This document shows, piece by piece, positions 60,092 to 64,000 of a DNA stretch of 64,000 nt (within the stretch, counting starts at the first letter, position 1; each line of letters begins with the position of its first letter). The translations under genes and the position numbers were made by a program. The notes under the pieces are model-generated. The model did not search any database and was not told where the DNA came from. It worked only from the letters and a program-made list of their open reading frames with translations. Origin of the DNA: an uncultured Acidobacteriota bacterium (GTDB lineage: Bacteria > Acidobacteriota > Thermoanaerobaculia > UBA5066 > DATFVB01); NCBI GenBank assembly GCA_963813155.1, contig CAWEYG010000001.1, positions 160,001 through 224,000 on the forward strand, in the 5' to 3' direction.

Positions 60092-61959
60092 TTCCGTCCC
60101 CGCAGTTTCCCGGCCCAGAGGTGGATACGCCACGCCTTCGTTGCTTCCATCGCGCGGACCAGAGACGTCAGGCGATCGATCTCCACGTAGAGCGACTGTC
60201 CCAGGCGGGAAGCGTCGAGCACCTCCGCCGTGAGCCGCCGGGTCTCCGACTCCAGCGCCTGGACCGCTCCGAACCGCCGGTCCGACTCCGCGCGAATCTC
60301 CTCCAGGCACTCGCGGAGGCTCTGCGTCTCCCCCGCCAGACGGCGATGGCTCGCCCGCTGGTAGGCGAGCTCTCCCGCCGACCGATATTCCTTCTCGGAG
60401 ACCTCCCAGAGTCGCTTCGAAACGCGGTCGAGCACCCGGGCGGGCGTCTCGTCGTCGCGGAAGCCGCGGTACCGCTCCAGGATCTTCCGGCGAGCCGCGA
60501 GAAACGGCTCCCCCCCGGATTCCACGTGCCCCTCTTCTCCCTCGAAAACTCGGTAATAGGCCGTCACCGCCCGCAAGTGACGAAACGGCGCCTCTCGCGA
60601 AAGGCGGATCAGGAGATCCCAGTCCTCCGAGAATTCCAGGCCCGTGTCGAAACCTCCCGCCTTGCGGACGAGGGCCGCGTCGAAGAGAACGCACGGAAGC
60701 GGAATGTAGTTCGCGTAAAGGAGAAATTCTCGGTCGAAATCCATCGAGTACTGGAGCTCGCGATGACGCTCCTTCCACCCCTCGCCTTCGCGCTCCAGAA
60801 GCACGACGACCGAGTCGGAATAGACGATCGGTTCGGGACCGGCGGCGCGCGCGGCGAGCAGCCGCTCGAAGTGGTCGGGGGAGACGAGGTCGTCGTCGTC
60901 CAGATAGACGACCGCGTCTTCGCGGGTCTTCGCAAGGCCCTCGTTGGCCGCGGCCGACCTCCCGAGCGACTTTTCATGCGTCACCGGAAGCACGGAGAAC
61001 GCCGTTTCGAAACGGGACAGGAGCGGTTCGACGGCCACGCCGCCGTCGTTGACCACGACGACGCTTCGGGGCCTCGCCGTCTGGGCGGCCAGGCTCTCGA
61101 GAGCCTCGACGAGCAGGGCGGGGCGATTCTTCGTCCGGACGATGGCGGCGGCGGGCGCCGTCTGGTACGACCCCGCGGCGATCGATGCCGGCCCGATCGC
61201 CCGGCGAAGCTCCGCCAGGGGCGTGACCGAGGCATCCCGGGCGGAAATGACGTGAAAAGCTTCCACGGGTCCTGCGCCCGAGAGAGTCAGCGAGCGAAAA
61301 GCGTTCAACCCCGCGACCGCTCCCCCGTAGTCGCGGACCGCCGCCTGCGAAACGAACTTGCCGACGGCGCGATTCTTCTTCTCGCCGCGGTCGCCGAGCG
61401 GAACGAGCGCATTCGGCAGGATCGGCTGGGTCACCTCGTAGAACACGAGCCGAACAAGGCGGTACGTCTCGAAGCCGGCGTCTCCGGCCCGCATTCCGGC
61501 GACGAGGCCGTAGCCGGCTTCCGCGACGGCCCGGTGGTCGGGATGGATTTCGCACGGCGACGGAAGGACGATGACGTCGGGACGAAACGCCGTCACATGA
61601 TCGCGAAGCAGTTTCGCGAGGTCGCGCTTCCGCGCGGAGAGCGCGCGATCGGGCAGGCCCTCGAAGGCATAGTCCGAAATCCCGAGCTCGGCGCCAGCCT
61701 CCCTCGCCTCGCGCCGCCGGATCTCCGGATCGGACGAGCCTTCGCCCCGGTCCTCCTGCGCCTCGCCGCCCGTGAGAACGACGACGCGGACCGCCTCGGC
61801 GGTCTCCGCGAAGAAGGCGAGAAGGCCTCCGGCCCCGAAGACTTCGTCGTCGGGATGCGCGGCCAGCGCGAGAACCCTCTCGGCCCGGATCTCCGCGGCC
61901 TCGTAGGGAATCAAGTCTTTCTCTTCCATCGGTTTTCCGATTCTAACCTCAGCGGTCAT
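60088..61959 (-). CDS. PIG-L-type deacetylase + GT2 + coiled-coil fusion
   Basis: AHPDDE and HPDH; VRTKNR, VVNDGG, YLDDDD, EDWDLLIR; heptad tail ending TKAWRI; alternative start ATG 61929. Confidence 0.85.
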   Translation of the reverse strand: MTAEVRIGKPMEEKDLIPYEAAEIRAERVLALAAHPDDEVFGAGGLLAFFAETAEAVRVVVLTGGEAQEDRGEGSSDPEIRRREAREAGAELGISDYAFEGLPDRALSARKRDLAKLLRDHVTAFRPDVIVLPSPCEIHPDHRAVAEAGYGLVAGMRAGDAGFETYRLVRLVFYEVTQPILPNALVPLGDRGEKKNRAVGKFVSQAAVRDYGGAVAGLNAFRSLTLSGAGPVEAFHVISARDASVTPLAELRRAIGPASIAAGSYQTAPAAAIVRTKNRPALLVEALESLAAQTARPRSVVVVNDGGVAVEPLLSRFETAFSVLPVTHEKSLGRSAAANEGLAKTREDAVVYLDDDDLVSPDHFERLLAARAAGPEPIVYSDSVVVLLEREGEGWKERHRELQYSMDFDREFLLYANYIPLPCVLFDAALVRKAGGFDTGLEFSEDWDLLIRLSREAPFRHLRAVTAYYRVFEGEEGHVESGGEPFLAARRKILERYRGFRDDETPARVLDRVSKRLWEVSEKEYRSAGELAYQRASHRRLAGETQSLRECLEEIRAESDRRFGAVQALESETRRLTAEVLDASRLGQSLYVEIDRLTSLVRAMEATKAWRIHLWAGKLRGRK

Positions 61960-62917
61960 CGTACACGCCGGCCGCCAGGTACGCGTGGTGAACGAACGTC
62001 TGCAGGGTCTCCTCGTCGAACACGACCGCGGTCACGAAGGAAAACCCCGCATCGCGGACCTGCCGCGGCCACTCGCGCCGACCGATCGCCGTTTCCATCG
62101 CGTTCCCGGCCGCGCCGCCGGGCGGCTGCCAGAAGACGAGATTTCGGCACCCCATCGCTCGAGCCTCGGCGCCCAGGTCTCCGAGAAGCGCTCCGGCCAG
62201 GCCGGGGTCGGGCCGTTCCAGCAGGTAGTCCATGACCAACGCCGTCTCTCCGACGGCGGAGAGAACGCCCCAGGCGCAGTCCCCCGACTCACCCGGAATC
62301 GTGATCATCCGGTAATACCGATCGGGCCGCGCGTGGTATCTCCAGTTCGCTCGCGCGCGGTCGCGAACGAGGCAGGCGGCGTCCACCGACGTCCGGGCCC
62401 GCGCCCAGAGCGCGTCGAAACCCGGCCCGACCGAATCCGATGCCACGGCCACTCCGGACGATTCACCCGGTGCCGAGATGTCGAGCCCGACCTCGCGGAT
62501 CGGGAAATGAGACCGATACCCGAGCAGGCGGCGGCCGATCTCATAGGCCCGCGAATTCGGAAACCCGAAGCCGAAGGGAATGCCGCGGTTCTTCAAGGCT
62601 TCGAACATCGCTTCCGCGATGGTTCGGAAGACGTTCCGGCGGCCGCCGAGATGCCGAACCGCGGGGTCGGTCGCGACGTCCCCGAGCGAGACGATCGTCG
62701 TCGGCCTTCCTCCGATCCAGGCGCCCATCAGCCATCCGCCGTAGTGGCCGACGATCCTCTCGTTCCATTCGGCGACGACCGAAATCCAGCCGTCGGGATT
62801 GGAGGGGTACTTCCAGCGCCACTCCTCCTCCGACATCGCCCTCGGAAAGACCAGGCCAAAGAGCTCGCGGATTCCGGCCGAATCGGAAACCGAGGCCATC
62901 CGCACGGAAAAACTCAC
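61949..62917 (-). CDS. GNAT-family acyltransferase
   Basis: EWRWKY..NP, IVGHY, GDVATDPAVR, FGFPN, RWRY-like NWRY; GTG overlaps upstream TGA. Confidence 0.75.
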   Translation of the reverse strand: MSFSVRMASVSDSAGIRELFGLVFPRAMSEEEWRWKYPSNPDGWISVVAEWNERIVGHYGGWLMGAWIGGRPTTIVSLGDVATDPAVRHLGGRRNVFRTIAEAMFEALKNRGIPFGFGFPNSRAYEIGRRLLGYRSHFPIREVGLDISAPGESSGVAVASDSVGPGFDALWARARTSVDAACLVRDRARANWRYHARPDRYYRMITIPGESGDCAWGVLSAVGETALVMDYLLERPDPGLAGALLGDLGAEARAMGCRNLVFWQPPGGAAGNAMETAIGRREWPRQVRDAGFSFVTAVVFDEETLQTFVHHAYLAAGVYDDR

Positions 62918-63957
62918 GACCGGACCGCGTGAAAGATTTGTCCCGCCTCTCCGGTCGCCGTGTCGAAAATCCGCAGGTACAGGGAAGGGCCGATCGCGGC
63001 GAAGAGATCCGACAGCTCCACCTGGCCGTCGAGCGTCGCCGAGGCGAATGGCCGGGCGCTGGGGTTCAGCGAAACGGCGACGGCCGCCCCGGATCTCGCC
63101 TCGAGCGGCCGCGAGGCGTCCCACGCCGGCGGCGAGAACGAACGCGCGCGCTTCTCGGCCCAACCGAGAATCCCGCCGCCCAGCGCTCCCCAACGGCGCC
63201 GGCGATAGAGGCTCCTCGACGCCTGCCGCCTTCTCTCCGAATCGGGGTTCCGCGACGACGAGGACCCGGGGAAATGACATGCCCGGGACTCCGCGACGAC
63301 CCTCAGCCGGAGCCCGGCCGACCGCAGCCGATCCTCCCATTCCGTCTCTTCGTACTCGAAGGAGAACCGCTCGTCGAATCGTCCGACGCGGTCGAGAACG
63401 TCTTTTCGCGTCATCACGATCGAACCGGTCAGATGATCCGCGTCTCCGCCTCGCTGCCACAGGCGCCATTGCCGGGTCGCGGCGGAGGCGAACCGTCTCC
63501 GCTCCCACAGGCCGGGCGAGGCGCCCCGGAACTGAAGGAGGTCTCTCGCGAATCCGGGCGCGAAGCCGGTGGGAAGGAAAATGCGCGCCGTTCGGTCCGC
63601 GAACTGAACCGGAGCCGCCGCGCCCACCAGCTCCCGACTCGCCGCCTCGATCAAGGACCCGAGACAGCCGGGAAGGAACTCGATGTCCGCGTTGCAGAGG
63701 AGCAGCAGTTTCGACTCCCCCGCCGCGATCCCGGCATTCAGGCCGCCGGAGTAACCGCGATTCTCGCGCAGAAGAACGAGGCGGTCCGCCTCCACCGCCG
63801 GCAGCCGCCCGGCGTCGTCCGCGCCGGAATCGCAATCGACGACGACGACGAACGGCCGAACACCCTCCTCGCCGGCGGTCCGGCGCAAAGAGCGGACCGC
63901 CTCGAGGCAGAGATCGGCGGTTCGGTGGTTGACGAAGATCGCGGTGAAATCAAACAT
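62914..63957 (-). CDS. GT2 glycosyltransferase
   Basis: IFVNHR, VVDCDS, NRGYSGGLNAG, CNAD, GRFDERF..YEETEW. Confidence 0.88.
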   Translation of the reverse strand: MFDFTAIFVNHRTADLCLEAVRSLRRTAGEEGVRPFVVVVDCDSGADDAGRLPAVEADRLVLLRENRGYSGGLNAGIAAGESKLLLLCNADIEFLPGCLGSLIEAASRELVGAAAPVQFADRTARIFLPTGFAPGFARDLLQFRGASPGLWERRRFASAATRQWRLWQRGGDADHLTGSIVMTRKDVLDRVGRFDERFSFEYEETEWEDRLRSAGLRLRVVAESRACHFPGSSSSRNPDSERRRQASRSLYRRRRWGALGGGILGWAEKRARSFSPPAWDASRPLEARSGAAVAVSLNPSARPFASATLDGQVELSDLFAAIGPSLYLRIFDTATGEAGQIFHAVRS

Positions 63958-64000
63958 CGACCGCTCTCCGAAACGCCTCCTCGAGCCGGTCGCCGACGTC
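63950..64000 (-). CDS. C-terminal end of upstream gene (partial)
   Basis: DVGDRLEEAFRRAVDV-stop overlapping next ATG; helix typical of GT-B C-termini. Confidence 0.4.
   Translation of the reverse strand, partial: DVGDRLEEAFRRAVDV

Overview
High-GC bacterial chromosomal segment. Gene content suggests Acidobacteriota, possibly Thermoanaerobaculia-like; this is inference. About 58 CDS; no tRNA/rRNA, CRISPR, prophage or transposase seen. Housekeeping blocks: aroF-carA-lolE-like-carB-O-antigen ligase-M23; acd-meaB-mce; a complete pentose-phosphate operon (tkt-rpiB-tal-pgi-gnd-zwf-pgl) divergent from gpmI; pyk; tmk-holB; and a glycosyltransferase cluster at the right end. At least nine genes carry single-base frameshifts, most consistent with assembly error. 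The most interesting locus (about 42.8-53.9 kb, minus strand) is a partner-switching cascade with no sigma factor in the locus, apparently wired to sigma54: PDZ/TM/GAF/PP2C phosphatase, membrane TPR protein, GAF-bEBP (GVATGV loop), AT-rich palindromic enhancer, -24/-12 promoter, unannotated 49-aa hydrophobic ORF, RsbW-like kinase, STAS, GAF-PP2C. The bEBP and the soluble phosphatase carry visibly paralogous GAF domains, and more -24/-12 promoters precede exported-protein genes. Also found: a promoter-anchored ~150-nt rod-like RNA (6S-like candidate) after holB, a 138-nt nested hairpin after the EF-G paralog, many apparent leaderless promoters and two probable non-canonical starts. All calls are by eye from motifs; no database searches were run.
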